In this document: positions 19,653 through 28,948 of the stretch, piece by piece
How positions within the stretch are numbered: position 1 is the stretch's first letter
Layout: each line of letters opens with the position of its first letter
Assembly (NCBI GenBank): GCA_034667245.1
Contig: JAXDKI010000106.1
Span: 1-49,572 of the forward strand
Source: Thermomicrobiales bacterium
GTDB taxonomy: Bacteria; Chloroflexota; Chloroflexia; Thermomicrobiales; UBA6265
Reading direction: 5' to 3'
Length of the DNA stretch: 49,572 bases
The notes under the pieces: generated by a model
Told to the model about the DNA's origin: nothing
The model's database searches: none
What the model saw: only the letters and a program-made list of their open reading frames with translations
Program-made: the position numbers and the translations under genes

Positions 19653-20714
19653 GTGGAACATGCCGCGACCGTGCTGGTCATCTTTGCGCTGACGGCCGCA
19701 GTGTCGGTGGTACTCGTCTCGCGGACGATCGTCCTGAGTCGCCGGTTGGGACTCCTCGATCAACCCGGACCCCGTCGGGTGCACCAAACGCCCTTGCCGC
19801 GTGCGGGCGGGTTGGCGGTCTTTCTCGCCTTTACGTTCGGCCTCGTGCTCAGCTTCTCGTTCGATGTAGAGCGACTTGGTTCCGAGCCCGAGCGCCTGCT
19901 TCTCCTGCTCGGAGGGTCCTGCCTCATCGTCGGGCTCATGGTCTACGACGACGCCATTGGTATTCCTGCCTGGCTGAAGCTCGCCGGTCAGATTGCGGTT
20001 GCCGCGCTCGTCGTCCTGCCGCGACTTCGCGGTGCCGGACACGGGATCGTGCTGGACAGCTTCAATCTTCCGTTCGCCGGGCAGGCCTCGTTACCGCTCC
20101 TGGCGGCCATCGGCTTCACGATCTTCTGGATCGTCGGCATGATGAATACGATGAACTGGCTCGACGGACTGGACGGTCTAGCAGGCTCGGTCAGCCTCGT
20201 CGCCTGCGCGGTTCTCTTCGCGCACACCTACTTCTGGCCTCGAGGCGACCCGCAATTCACCATCTCCATCTTGCCGCTCGTTCTCGGTGCGGCGGTGCTC
20301 GGCTTCCTGCCTTACAACTGGCACCCGTCGCGGATCATCCTGGGCGACGCGGGAGCGAACTTTCTTGGCTTCGCGCTGGCGGTGTTGTCGATTATCGGCG
20401 GGGCAAAGATCGCGACGGCGCTGCTCGCCCTCGGCTTGCCCGTGCTCGACGTTGCCTGGGTGATCGCGTATCGGGCGGCACACGGTCGGTCACCACTCGG
20501 CGCCGATCGCGGTCATCTTCATCACCGTCTGCTCGATCGGGGTTGGAGCCAGGCGCGGATCGTCCTCTTCGTCGCCGGAGTCTCGGCGGTATTTGGGTTG
20601 CTGGCGCTGGTCCTGCCGTCGCGCGGGCTCAAGCTGGGCGCGATCCTGGCACTCGGTCTGGTCCTACTGTCGACCGTCGGCGGGTTAGCAATCCGTGACC
20701 GATCGCGCGGGTAG
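19653..20714 (+). CDS. MraY/WecA/TagO-family polyprenyl-phosphate HexNAc-1-phosphate transferase
   Basis: Multi-pass membrane protein with YDD, NTMNWLDGLDGL, GDAG and DRGHLHHRL motifs. Confidence 0.9.
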   Translation: MEHAATVLVIFALTAAVSVVLVSRTIVLSRRLGLLDQPGPRRVHQTPLPRAGGLAVFLAFTFGLVLSFSFDVERLGSEPERLLLLLGGSCLIVGLMVYDDAIGIPAWLKLAGQIAVAALVVLPRLRGAGHGIVLDSFNLPFAGQASLPLLAAIGFTIFWIVGMMNTMNWLDGLDGLAGSVSLVACAVLFAHTYFWPRGDPQFTISILPLVLGAAVLGFLPYNWHPSRIILGDAGANFLGFALAVLSIIGGAKIATALLALGLPVLDVAWVIAYRAAHGRSPLGADRGHLHHRLLDRGWSQARIVLFVAGVSAVFGLLALVLPSRGLKLGAILALGLVLLSTVGGLAIRDRSRG

Positions 20715-20771
20715 GGATTGGACAAGTAGCGTCCACAGCCTCGCTCGCCTGGGCGGAGCTAGCCAGTTGGT

Positions 20772-21020
20772 CTATTGCAGCAACAACTCGAACTTGAGTC
20801 GCTCGCGATCCGCCTCGTGCAGCCGACGGTCGACGACGCCGATCAGCGTGGCGACGAGTTGGGTGGTGTGCTGGCTGAGCACCGTGCCGACGACAGCCCC
20901 GGCAACGCCGCCAACGGCCGCGCCCAGCAGGAACGGCAGCAAAGCGTCCTGACCGTCAGGACCCTGGGCCACGGAATGACCGTTCGTGAGGTGGTTCATC
21001 AGCAGTGACCGTTCACTCAT
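20772..21020 (-). CDS. Small hypothetical membrane protein (Gly-zipper/YtxH-like helix)
   Basis: 82 aa with the hydrophobic segment FLLGAAVGGVAGAVVG; co-oriented and downstream of rsfS. Confidence 0.7.
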   Translation of the reverse strand: MSERSLLMNHLTNGHSVAQGPDGQDALLPFLLGAAVGGVAGAVVGTVLSQHTTQLVATLIGVVDRRLHEADRERLKFELLLQ

Positions 21021-21055
21021 GTCAGGTCGGTCCTTTGCCCGTCCATCGGGTCATA

Positions 21056-21460
21056 TCACTGGATAACCAGTAGCGTCGGAGCCTCCACCCAAAGGGCTTC
21101 CAATCGATAGAACGCACGTTGGTCGACATCGAAGACATGGACGATCGCGTCCCCGTAGTCCATGACCACCCAGCCGGAAGCCGGCGTGCCCTCGACTCGC
21201 CCGGGGCGAACACCATCTTCGGCAAGCCTGACCGAGATCGCTTCCGTGATTGCCCGGAGCTGACGCTCGTTTTCCCCCGAGCAGATCACGAAGTAGTCGG
21301 CAAAACTCGAGAGGCCCTGAATGTCCAGAACCACCGTGTCCGCAGCGGGCGTGTCCGCGATGATCTCCGCAATCCGCACGGCGAGTTCCCTGGTCGTCGA
21401 GACCGCGGGGAACGTCGCCGGGGACTGAACGGCGTCGTGGTTGGATAAAGACTCGATGAT
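21056..21460 (-). CDS. rsfS: Ribosome silencing factor RsfS (start uncertain: GTG 21379 or ATC 21460)
   Basis: DYFVICSGENERQLRAI, WVVMDYGDAIVHVF and RAFYRLEALW motifs. Confidence 0.93.
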   Translation of the reverse strand: MIESLSNHDAVQSPATFPAVSTTRELAVRIAEIIADTPAADTVVLDIQGLSSFADYFVICSGENERQLRAITEAISVRLAEDGVRPGRVEGTPASGWVVMDYGDAIVHVFDVDQRAFYRLEALWVEAPTLLVIQ

Positions 21461-21598
21461 GGGACCCTCCTGCGGCGCCTATATGTACGTACAACACGAA
21501 CGGACGCCGCCGATTATGGCGAAGTATACCAGGACGGAGCGGCTTGGCAATCGGGTCAGGGAGTCGCTCGAACGCTTCGCCCAGAGTGATGACCTGGC

Positions 21599-21673
21599 TG
21601 GTAGGCCCGGCAGGATTCGAACCTGCGACCCTGGGGTTATGAGCCCCGTGCTCTGCCACTGAGCTACAGGCCC
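21599..21673 (-). tRNA. tRNA with CAT anticodon, probably tRNA-Ile2 (lysidine-modified)
   Basis: GGGCCTGTAGCTCAGTGGCAGAGC-ACGGGG CTCATAA CCCC-AGGGTC-GCAGGTTCGAATCCTGC-CGGGCCTA CCA. It has an Ile-like acceptor stem (C4, C5), lacks the initiator C1 mismatch, and encodes CCA. Confidence 0.93.
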
Positions 21674-21926
21674 GTGCGCCGCCACATCCAAAAACGACCC
21701 CTGTCAAGCGCCCATTACAGTCTCCGTCCGTGCTGGATCGCTCATCACGGCACGGCCAGCACCGTTCCTCTCGATGGTAGCACGACTTGGGCCAAGCAGA
21801 GGCGGCAAGAGGTGGCGATGGTCGCAACCATCGCCGTTAGGAATGCAGTGCGAGGGAGTGCCTCGGGCACTATCGAAGTGCGATGCGGCGTACACCATCA
21901 GACGATAACCTGACCATCATGAGCGG

Positions 21927-23225
21927 CTAGGTCTCGGTATCGACCAGCGGAGTCGCGATCGGAAGGTCGCCGTCGACCGTCAGGTGGCAGAGTCCGATCA
22001 GAGCCGAGATGTTGTGCTGTACGTAGTCGATTCTTATCGCCGCATTGTCCGCGCTTCCCGCCCATCCTCCGATGACACGGTCTGGTCGGACGTATCTCGC
22101 CGTGTTCTCGGCCGTGTACTGTACGCGCATCTGAAACTGGGCGTTGCGTTGGGCTCCGAGTGTGAGGCGGTCAGCCCGCTTCTTGTTACCAGTGAACGTC
22201 GCCAACCCCCAGGCGGCGACGATCGCCTCGCCCTTGGTTGCGGTCGACGTGTAGCTGATCCCACTATCGCGCCGGGCGCCTCCAATTCGCTCTGGGTCTG
22301 CGTTCTCCGCGGTGTATTGATTGGAGATCATCGTGTCGGCTTGCAGGTAAGCCACCTTCGCGTAGCTCTGGTCCTCGTTCAGCCGGTAGAGCTCGCTGAG
22401 GGCAATCGTCAGCCAGTGGTCTTCGCGAGGCACCCTGCCGAGCTGAGGGATGTCCCCATCGCGGCGGTGTACCAGGTAGTCGGCCGCTCGCAACGCTACC
22501 TCCAGATAGGGCCCATCGGGAAACTGCTGCGCTAGTCGGGTCAATGCGAGAAGGGCTTCTCCAGGGTAGTAGACGACGTCGGGCGTTTCGAGCTTTCTTC
22601 GTGCTCCGTGATCGAAAGAGAAATAGAAGCGTCCGCTGCGATCCTCCTTCTCCATCCAGAGCAGAAACTTGGCCATGTCCAGGATCAACTCATCGGCGTC
22701 GGTCTCGCCGGTAACTCGCCTCCGCTCAAGGAGCGCCACCAGTGCAAGTGCCTGACCTCCGAGCGACGTATCCCCGTTTTGGATGTCCAGGAATGCGCGA
22801 CCGGCTGCCCGCACCGGTACCATGCTCCGACGAATCCAGTCGCTGGCGTCTTCTGCGACCTTAAGCACCGACTCATCGCGGAGGAGACCAAATGCTTGGT
22901 AGAGCGAGTAGGTGGTCCCGGCGTGCCGCACCTCGTTGTAGTCATTCGCCTCGTAGAGGTCGGATTCGGGATCGTAGATGTAATAAAACACCCCGGTCGG
23001 TCGTTGGTCCCCGGCCAGCCATCCAGCACCCAGGCGCGTCCTCTCCCGCGCCAGCTCGGCAAGATCGGCGGCGTCGACCGCGGTTGTTCCGTCGAGGGTT
23101 GCAACAACATCGATTTCGGCTTCGGGTGTACCGTCGGCCGCCGTCGCCGGCAGCGCCAGACGCGTGAGGCGAGGTGATCCCGTGACCGCGAACAGACCAG
23201 TAAGGAGGTTCCTCCGGGACAGCAT
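21927..23225 (-). CDS. Tat-exported hypothetical protein, probable alpha/alpha-barrel (six-hairpin-like) enzyme
   Basis: Twin-arginine leader MLSRRNLL; helical repeats carrying YNEVRHAGT, YYPGEALLAL, DHWL and RIDYVQH. Confidence 0.8.
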   Translation of the reverse strand: MLSRRNLLTGLFAVTGSPRLTRLALPATAADGTPEAEIDVVATLDGTTAVDAADLAELARERTRLGAGWLAGDQRPTGVFYYIYDPESDLYEANDYNEVRHAGTTYSLYQAFGLLRDESVLKVAEDASDWIRRSMVPVRAAGRAFLDIQNGDTSLGGQALALVALLERRRVTGETDADELILDMAKFLLWMEKEDRSGRFYFSFDHGARRKLETPDVVYYPGEALLALTRLAQQFPDGPYLEVALRAADYLVHRRDGDIPQLGRVPREDHWLTIALSELYRLNEDQSYAKVAYLQADTMISNQYTAENADPERIGGARRDSGISYTSTATKGEAIVAAWGLATFTGNKKRADRLTLGAQRNAQFQMRVQYTAENTARYVRPDRVIGGWAGSADNAAIRIDYVQHNISALIGLCHLTVDGDLPIATPLVDTET

Positions 23226-23583
23226 AAGATTCTCCCCTTGAAGCCACACCACCCAAGGAACCTTCGTTCCTAATTCAAGGACAACGTCTCATGACTCGGA
23301 TCTTGTGCCGGGAGGGAGGATACCAAAGCGGCCGAACGTTGAAGGTTCCCAACGAAAATCCCTGTGCCACGGTCACTTGCGCCCGCCCACGATCAGGCGG
23401 ACCAAGGATCACGGGTGAGGCGCGTTCTCGGCCCGGAATGGCATTTGGCGGTGAGTATCACGAGCAAGACGAGGAGGAAGAGAAAGAAGCGTTGGAAGGT
23501 GGAGCAAGGGATCGATGACATCATCCACTGCACCGCCGAACTCGCGTGGGATGGAACGCTTCAGCGCGCCGAGCGCTCGCCGG

Positions 23584-23796
23584 TCACCTCTCACCCGTGT
23601 CTCGTGATACGGCGGTGGCGAGCCCAAGGGTGGCGCCAACCGCGAGGGCGACCCACGCCGTCCAGGACGGGAGGTCGAAGCGATCGGCGAGCCCACCGGC
23701 CAGGGCGAAGAACGCCAGCACGGCAGCGAGCCCCACCAACGTCAGGACGCGCCGCCATCCTGTCGGCCGTGGCTGTCGCCGCACGATGATAGGCAT
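23584..23796 (-). CDS. Small two-TM hypothetical membrane protein
   Basis: 70 aa, SD GGAGGA upstream, two hydrophobic helices. Confidence 0.65.
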   Translation of the reverse strand: MPIIVRRQPRPTGWRRVLTLVGLAAVLAFFALAGGLADRFDLPSWTAWVALAVGATLGLATAVSRDTGER

Positions 23797-24029
23797 CCAG
23801 TGCTTCCTCCAACGGGTCGACGGCGACGGAGCGACTTGCCGCCCCGGTCCCGATCAGGCGCTCATTTCACTTCACTGGCCGCGCCGCCGCTGTCGCCACC
23901 GTGCCCTCGCTCGGACGCTTTTGGAAGACGCTCACGTTTGTGAACGCCTTCCCACCGGAGATCGAATCCACGCTACAGTACCTCCGCGCAGGCTCGCGTG
24001 AACAGATCATAAAAAACGACAGAAACGAT

Positions 24030-24055
24030 GAGACCGGGACGAGCGTCCCGGTCTC
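24030..24055 (-). terminator. Intrinsic terminator after the tRNA-Pro/tRNA-Gly pair
   Basis: Perfect 11-bp stem GAGACCGGGAC-N4-GTCCCGGTCTC, followed on the minus strand by a T-rich tract. Confidence 0.75.
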
Positions 24056-24086
24056 GAATCTGGCATATCTCCGCGGCTTTTTGGGG

Positions 24087-24159
24087 AGCGGGGGACGGGA
24101 CTCGAACCCGCGACAGCCTGCTTGGAAGGCAGGTACTCTACCAACTGAGTTACCCCCGC
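24087..24159 (-). tRNA. tRNA-Gly(TCC)
   Basis: GCGGGGGTAACTCAGTTGGTAGAGT-ACCTGC CTTCCAA GCAGG...GGTTCGAGTCC...CCCCCGCT; CCA not encoded. Confidence 0.96.
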
Positions 24160-24181
24160 ACGGGTCACGTGCCGCATCGAG

Positions 24182-24254
24182 TCGGGGTGAGAGGACTCGA
24201 ACCTCCGACCTCAGCGTCCCAAACGCCGCGCGCTACCGACTGCGCCACACCCCG
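24182..24254 (-). tRNA. tRNA-Pro(TGG)
   Basis: CGGGGTGTGGCGCAGTCGGTAGCGC-GCGGCG TTTGGGA CGCTG...GGTTCGAGTCC...CACCCCGA; CCA not encoded. Confidence 0.96.
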
Positions 24255-24275
24255 CCGGTTTCCGGCACAGTGGCG

Positions 24276-24305
24276 AGTATAGTCAGCCATTGAAACGACT
24301 GTCAA
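24276..24305 (-). promoter_or_regulatory. Sigma70-type promoter for tRNA-Pro/tRNA-Gly
   Basis: TTGACA-18 nt-TATACT, ending about 20 nt before the mature tRNA-Pro. Confidence 0.8.
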
Positions 24306-24359
24306 ACCGAGGAACCGAATCGAATGCGGCAGTGATTGCGGCACTCGCCATGTGCGCGG

Positions 24360-27300
24360 CTAGATGCCCGGCGGCAGGACGCGATAGATGGTCGTCGAGC
24401 CCGAGCGGAAGGCGACCTCGAGCACCGTCCCGACCATGCCTTCCAATGCCGCGATGCCATCCGCGGGATCCGTCGACACGCAGTCGTTTCCGACGATCTG
24501 CGGGTAAAGGCGTTCCAACTGCCCGACGACGACGAAACCCACGCCGTACTTGCGGAGTATGGCAACTTTGGAAGCTGGATCCGGTGAGGCGTAGAGCTCC
24601 CGTACGTCACTCACCCGCTCGCTCAATCCGTCCAGATAACGCTGCTGGGTCTCGTGCCGTTCCCAGCCGATGATCGTCGGGAGGCCGGTGTTGATCGAGA
24701 AGCGGGAGCCGTTACAGCGATAGGGTCCGATACTTGCTTCGGCGATCACCGGTGTTCCGGGTACCTTCTCGTTGATCCAGTCAATAGCCGCTCGGTCGTC
24801 CGCGAAGGAGAGCTCGCTTCCGTCCGGCGTCTCGATCGTACCGTAGTCCATCCAGGCGAGCGCATTGAGCGTTCCCGGCCCAGGATGACCGTCAAATCGC
24901 GCCGCAAGCCGTGGTTTCGTCGCGAGAAGTGGATAGGCGATCGACGCCAGGACGACGAGTCCACTCGCCGCCAACCCGAGCAGTGCCCATCGCGAGGCGG
25001 ACGGCTCACGCTCCGGCGCCTGCACCGCCTGCCCATCGTCTGCCGCCTCGGGCAGGGCGTCTGCGACGAAGCCCAAGCGTGCACGAGCGCCAGGCGGTCT
25101 AAGATGGCGTCCAGCTCGGTCCAACATCACCGAGACCGAAGCTGCGCCGGCGAGCGCGAAGAGAGCCCAGACCTGGTTGTAGAACTTGAAGACCGTGTTC
25201 ATCCGAAACCATTCGGTCGACATCAGGTCGTCCGCGAGGAACACCACTTCGGCGCCACCGGCTACCAGCGCCGCCGCCGCGATCATCGCACCCGTGAAGC
25301 GCTGATCTGTCCCATCCCCACGCAACCACAGCACGACGCCGGCATACGCAAACGCGAGCGAGAGGCCGAGGGCCAGACGGTCGTTGGCTGCCGCGATCAG
25401 GGTCGCTGCCAAACCTACGGCGATCACCAGCACCACGAGCTGCGACTGCCGACTCTGCCGCGCCGCGCCAGGCAGTCCGACGGCCGCGAACAACAATGCC
25501 GTCGTGAGAACGATTGAGATCGGGATCGCCGTCGCAAGCGTTTCCGATCCATCGTGGGTCGTCATCGCAACAAGCAACAGGGCAGCGAGCACCAGCACCG
25601 GCACGGTCGACATATCGGCAAAGAGGCCGCTTCGCCGCGTCCCGATCAGGAACACGACCAAACCGAATCCGATGATGACGAGCAGCCCACCCAGGTGGTC
25701 GAGAAATTCCCACGGCCCCGTGACCGACCGAACTCGCTCCACGGAGCCAAAGAGCGCGACATAATGCGTGTGGAACGGCAGATAGAGGAGATAGGCGAGC
25801 GCGCCGACAATTGCCGCGATGAAGGCGGTCAGAGCGACCCGGAAGGCGAAACCGCGCAGCCCGGCTGTCGCCATGAAGAGGGACACGGCAGCCAGCGCCG
25901 CATAGACAGGCACGTCCCAGGCGTTGGTGGGAAAGAGTGCTCCGAAGGCCAGGACGAGGAGTGCGAGGCGGGATGAGACTTCGAGACGTGCTGGGCGACG
26001 TAGAGACGATTCTGACAGGGCGAGGACAACCGACCTCGGTTCGCGAGCGATGGCCAGGCAAAGGCCAACAACCAGTACCGTGATCGGTAAGGCAACGACG
26101 TGGGCGTGGAGATCGGCGTAAAGCCCGGTGAAGTAGGGAAACTCGTTGATCGTGAACGGGATGACCCGGCTGGCCCCCCAGGTGAGCTCGAACGATGGGA
26201 CGAGTCGTTCGGGGAAGGCCCTGGCAACCCGGGTGATCGCCTCTAGATTGCCGATTCCCACGAGCAGCAGGGCACCAGTGAGCCCGCCCGCGATTCCCGT
26301 CGTTCGTCCCCGCGCCACGCCACGACCGAGTGTCGAGGCCACCCCAAACCCGGCACTTGCGAGAAGGGCGATCATCGTGGGCTGAGCCAAGTTGAACGCG
26401 ATCTCCGTAGGGATCCCGGTCAGCTTGATGCAGAAGGCGACGAGATACAGGCCGTAGTAGTAGTAGTTGATGTAGCCGTCGGCGAACCAGGGGTCGTAGG
26501 GTGGGAAGTGCGCGCTTCGGAGTATCGCGTTGATGTGCGCGAACTCCATCGGTTTCTCGCCGCCCCATAATGGATGCCATGAATCCGGGTTGATCCACCG
26601 ATAGGCCAGAAAGACGATGAAGACGGCCCAGAAGACGCCTTCGCTGGCCCAGGCAGCCCGTTTCTGTCTGGGTGAGGGGCGACTGGCAGCATTTCCCCGA
26701 CGCATCAACAGCCACGTTGACGCCACGATAGCCACCGCAATCCACGCCCAAACAGCGCGGAACGAGAACACGCTCAGGCTTGCACCGATCCAGACGAGAT
26801 AGCCGGCGACGATCAAGGTGACCAGTCGGGCGAACGACCACCCCGCGTCGGCGAAACGTCCGAAGGCGATTCGGACCAACGGTCGGCCTGCCACCTGCAG
26901 GACGATCAGGAGGACCACCCAGACGACGAGGGCCGCCGCGGAGTTGTCGGTCAGGCCTGCGCTCCACCGGGCGTCTGCCACGACGGGGAGGTCGCCGACC
27001 GGTTCGTCGAGGATGAGCGACTTGCTCGACTGGCGGGACGGTTGAAATGGCTCGTCGACGGCATGAGCCATCAGTTCGTCGTATGTCGCGCGCGGGACCA
27101 GCGAGTCCTTTTTGTAGATGCGGACGAGCGGGTGATCGTAGTTGATAAACGACTCGTCGGCAGATTGGTCGTCGATCCGTATCGGGCCGATACCGGGAAA
27201 GCGGTGAAACTCGGCCGCGAGTTGGAAACCGAGCCGGCCCGAGGTCAGGAGGTCGTAATACCGGTTCTGCACCGGGTACCGCCAGGGAAGTTGTCCAACC

Positions 27301-28847
27301 CCTCGCTCGACCCGGTTCGAGGCCAGGACGAGGTAGTCCGCCCGACCTAGATCAGCATAGAGGTCATCGGCAACGTCGGCACCTGGTCGATCGCGGTAGA
27401 GATCGATCGCCAGCGTCTGATACTGGAAATCCCAGGGCGTGAGACCGGTGCCGAACGGGACCGGCAGCGCGTCATCCCACATCTCGACGCCGACGACATC
27501 CCCGTTCGGGACGTTCTCATAGATCCACCGCGAGGCTTCGAGCCGGGTATGTGGCGCCGCATAGATCGACGTGAAGCAAGCCGTCCAGAGGACCACGCCG
27601 GCCAGACAGGCACCGAGCAATGCCGTGCCTCCGTGCCGGCCCAATCGGCGAGTTGCCAGCTGCCGAAATGACTCGAGCGCCAGCGCACCGGCGATAACAA
27701 GCGCCGGCAGCAACGGCGCGCTGTAGCGGAGAAACTTCGTTTCCGGCAGGACGACGACCAACCCTTGAAGGCAGAGCCAGCTGACGAGGACGATTCGAGA
27801 CGGGCTTGGCCGCCGAGCAGTTCGCCGAGCCATCAGGAGGAGACCGGCGGCGCACAGCAATCCGGCGACCGGCCCAAGTCCCCATCGAATCAACTGCTCG
27901 GCCTGGTAGACCACCGGTGTCGTCCCGACGTACTGCCGCGTGAACGCTGCGTCGAGCGTGCCGCGTACGATGCCTGATTGCACGCGAAGCTGATTCAGAT
28001 AGACGGATGGCCGAGCAATCGCGTAGGGCTCGAACAATCCGAAGCAGACGATGCCAAACGTTCCGGCGACCGCGATGCGAGCGACGACCGTGGCCATCGC
28101 GTCTGACGTCGAGTCGCCCATCTGCCAGCGACGCCATCCGACCAGAACCGCTGCTAGCGCGACGACAGCGAAAAGTGCGAGCACGCTGCCCTTGGTGGCG
28201 AGCGCGAGCCCACAGGCACCGCCGGCGGCGGCGAAGCCAACGAGTCGGCCCCCTTCAGCGGCTTGCATTGCGAGGAGCAGCGTGAGCGCCACGAAGAACG
28301 TCAGCCAGCTGTCGGTCGTGAAGAAGTGCGCGAGTTGGATCGTCATCGGAGCCAGCGCATACAACGCCGCGGCGAGCAACCCGACTCGACGATCGAGCAA
28401 CCGCCGACCAAGGAAGAAGATGAGCAGCACCGTACCCGTGTCGAATGTCGCCGACAGGGCGCGGCCGATCTTGTGGACGCGATCGAAATAGGATGTCCAC
28501 TCGGTGCCGGTGAGCGAGGTCATCGCCGTCGCGACGAGATCGGTGACAAGGACTGGCAGCGCCCCGTAGGCATATTGTCTGGCCACGCCGGTTTGTGGGT
28601 CGTCCGAGCGGGGGTTCAAGCGCGAGGAGGAAGGGTCGAGCAGATTGTCGAGATCTGGGGGCCAGTCGAACGAGATCCGCGTCGCGACCACGTCGACGAC
28701 GTGGAGCTCGTCCGGATGCTGCAGACGCCCCTCGTCCCAGTCGAGACGATAGACTCGCAACGCGAATGCCGCGACCAACAGCGCGATGAGGCCGAGCGTC
28801 ACGGGATGGGGTCGGTTCGCGATTCGGCGCAGACGCGGGACGCTCAT
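24360..28847 (-). CDS. Large membrane protein: N-terminal PMT/ArnT-like GT-C domain fused to a DUF2298 (Chlor_Arch_YYY) domain
   Basis: N-terminal HPDE loop, QLAHFFTTD and many TM helices. C-terminal half has GGEKPMEF, PPYDPWFADGYINYYYYG, INEFPYF..DLHAH, RMNTVFKFY and GWERHETQQR. Start at MSVPR (28847) inferred. Confidence 0.88.
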   Translation of the reverse strand: MSVPRLRRIANRPHPVTLGLIALLVAAFALRVYRLDWDEGRLQHPDELHVVDVVATRISFDWPPDLDNLLDPSSSRLNPRSDDPQTGVARQYAYGALPVLVTDLVATAMTSLTGTEWTSYFDRVHKIGRALSATFDTGTVLLIFFLGRRLLDRRVGLLAAALYALAPMTIQLAHFFTTDSWLTFFVALTLLLAMQAAEGGRLVGFAAAGGACGLALATKGSVLALFAVVALAAVLVGWRRWQMGDSTSDAMATVVARIAVAGTFGIVCFGLFEPYAIARPSVYLNQLRVQSGIVRGTLDAAFTRQYVGTTPVVYQAEQLIRWGLGPVAGLLCAAGLLLMARRTARRPSPSRIVLVSWLCLQGLVVVLPETKFLRYSAPLLPALVIAGALALESFRQLATRRLGRHGGTALLGACLAGVVLWTACFTSIYAAPHTRLEASRWIYENVPNGDVVGVEMWDDALPVPFGTGLTPWDFQYQTLAIDLYRDRPGADVADDLYADLGRADYLVLASNRVERGVGQLPWRYPVQNRYYDLLTSGRLGFQLAAEFHRFPGIGPIRIDDQSADESFINYDHPLVRIYKKDSLVPRATYDELMAHAVDEPFQPSRQSSKSLILDEPVGDLPVVADARWSAGLTDNSAAALVVWVVLLIVLQVAGRPLVRIAFGRFADAGWSFARLVTLIVAGYLVWIGASLSVFSFRAVWAWIAVAIVASTWLLMRRGNAASRPSPRQKRAAWASEGVFWAVFIVFLAYRWINPDSWHPLWGGEKPMEFAHINAILRSAHFPPYDPWFADGYINYYYYGLYLVAFCIKLTGIPTEIAFNLAQPTMIALLASAGFGVASTLGRGVARGRTTGIAGGLTGALLLVGIGNLEAITRVARAFPERLVPSFELTWGASRVIPFTINEFPYFTGLYADLHAHVVALPITVLVVGLCLAIAREPRSVVLALSESSLRRPARLEVSSRLALLVLAFGALFPTNAWDVPVYAALAAVSLFMATAGLRGFAFRVALTAFIAAIVGALAYLLYLPFHTHYVALFGSVERVRSVTGPWEFLDHLGGLLVIIGFGLVVFLIGTRRSGLFADMSTVPVLVLAALLLVAMTTHDGSETLATAIPISIVLTTALLFAAVGLPGAARQSRQSQLVVLVIAVGLAATLIAAANDRLALGLSLAFAYAGVVLWLRGDGTDQRFTGAMIAAAALVAGGAEVVFLADDLMSTEWFRMNTVFKFYNQVWALFALAGAASVSVMLDRAGRHLRPPGARARLGFVADALPEAADDGQAVQAPEREPSASRWALLGLAASGLVVLASIAYPLLATKPRLAARFDGHPGPGTLNALAWMDYGTIETPDGSELSFADDRAAIDWINEKVPGTPVIAEASIGPYRCNGSRFSINTGLPTIIGWERHETQQRYLDGLSERVSDVRELYASPDPASKVAILRKYGVGFVVVGQLERLYPQIVGNDCVSTDPADGIAALEGMVGTVLEVAFRSGSTTIYRVLPPGI

Positions 28848-28948
28848 ACGCTTCACATTGTACGTTTCGGTGCGAGTGAGGGTCGAGGCGCGATCCCGAC
28901 AAGTCGCCTCACGGGACCGGGCCGACAGGAGTAATTGGGGAGAAGCTT

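Noticed and set aside
20735-20760. CGCCTGGGC, resembling the 3' part of the ZTP riboswitch
   Set aside because: It lies between convergent gene ends and has no 5' aptamer half.
21674-24086. tRNA-anchored genomic island or prophage
   Set aside because: No integrase, and no duplicated tRNA 3' end (att site) was seen.
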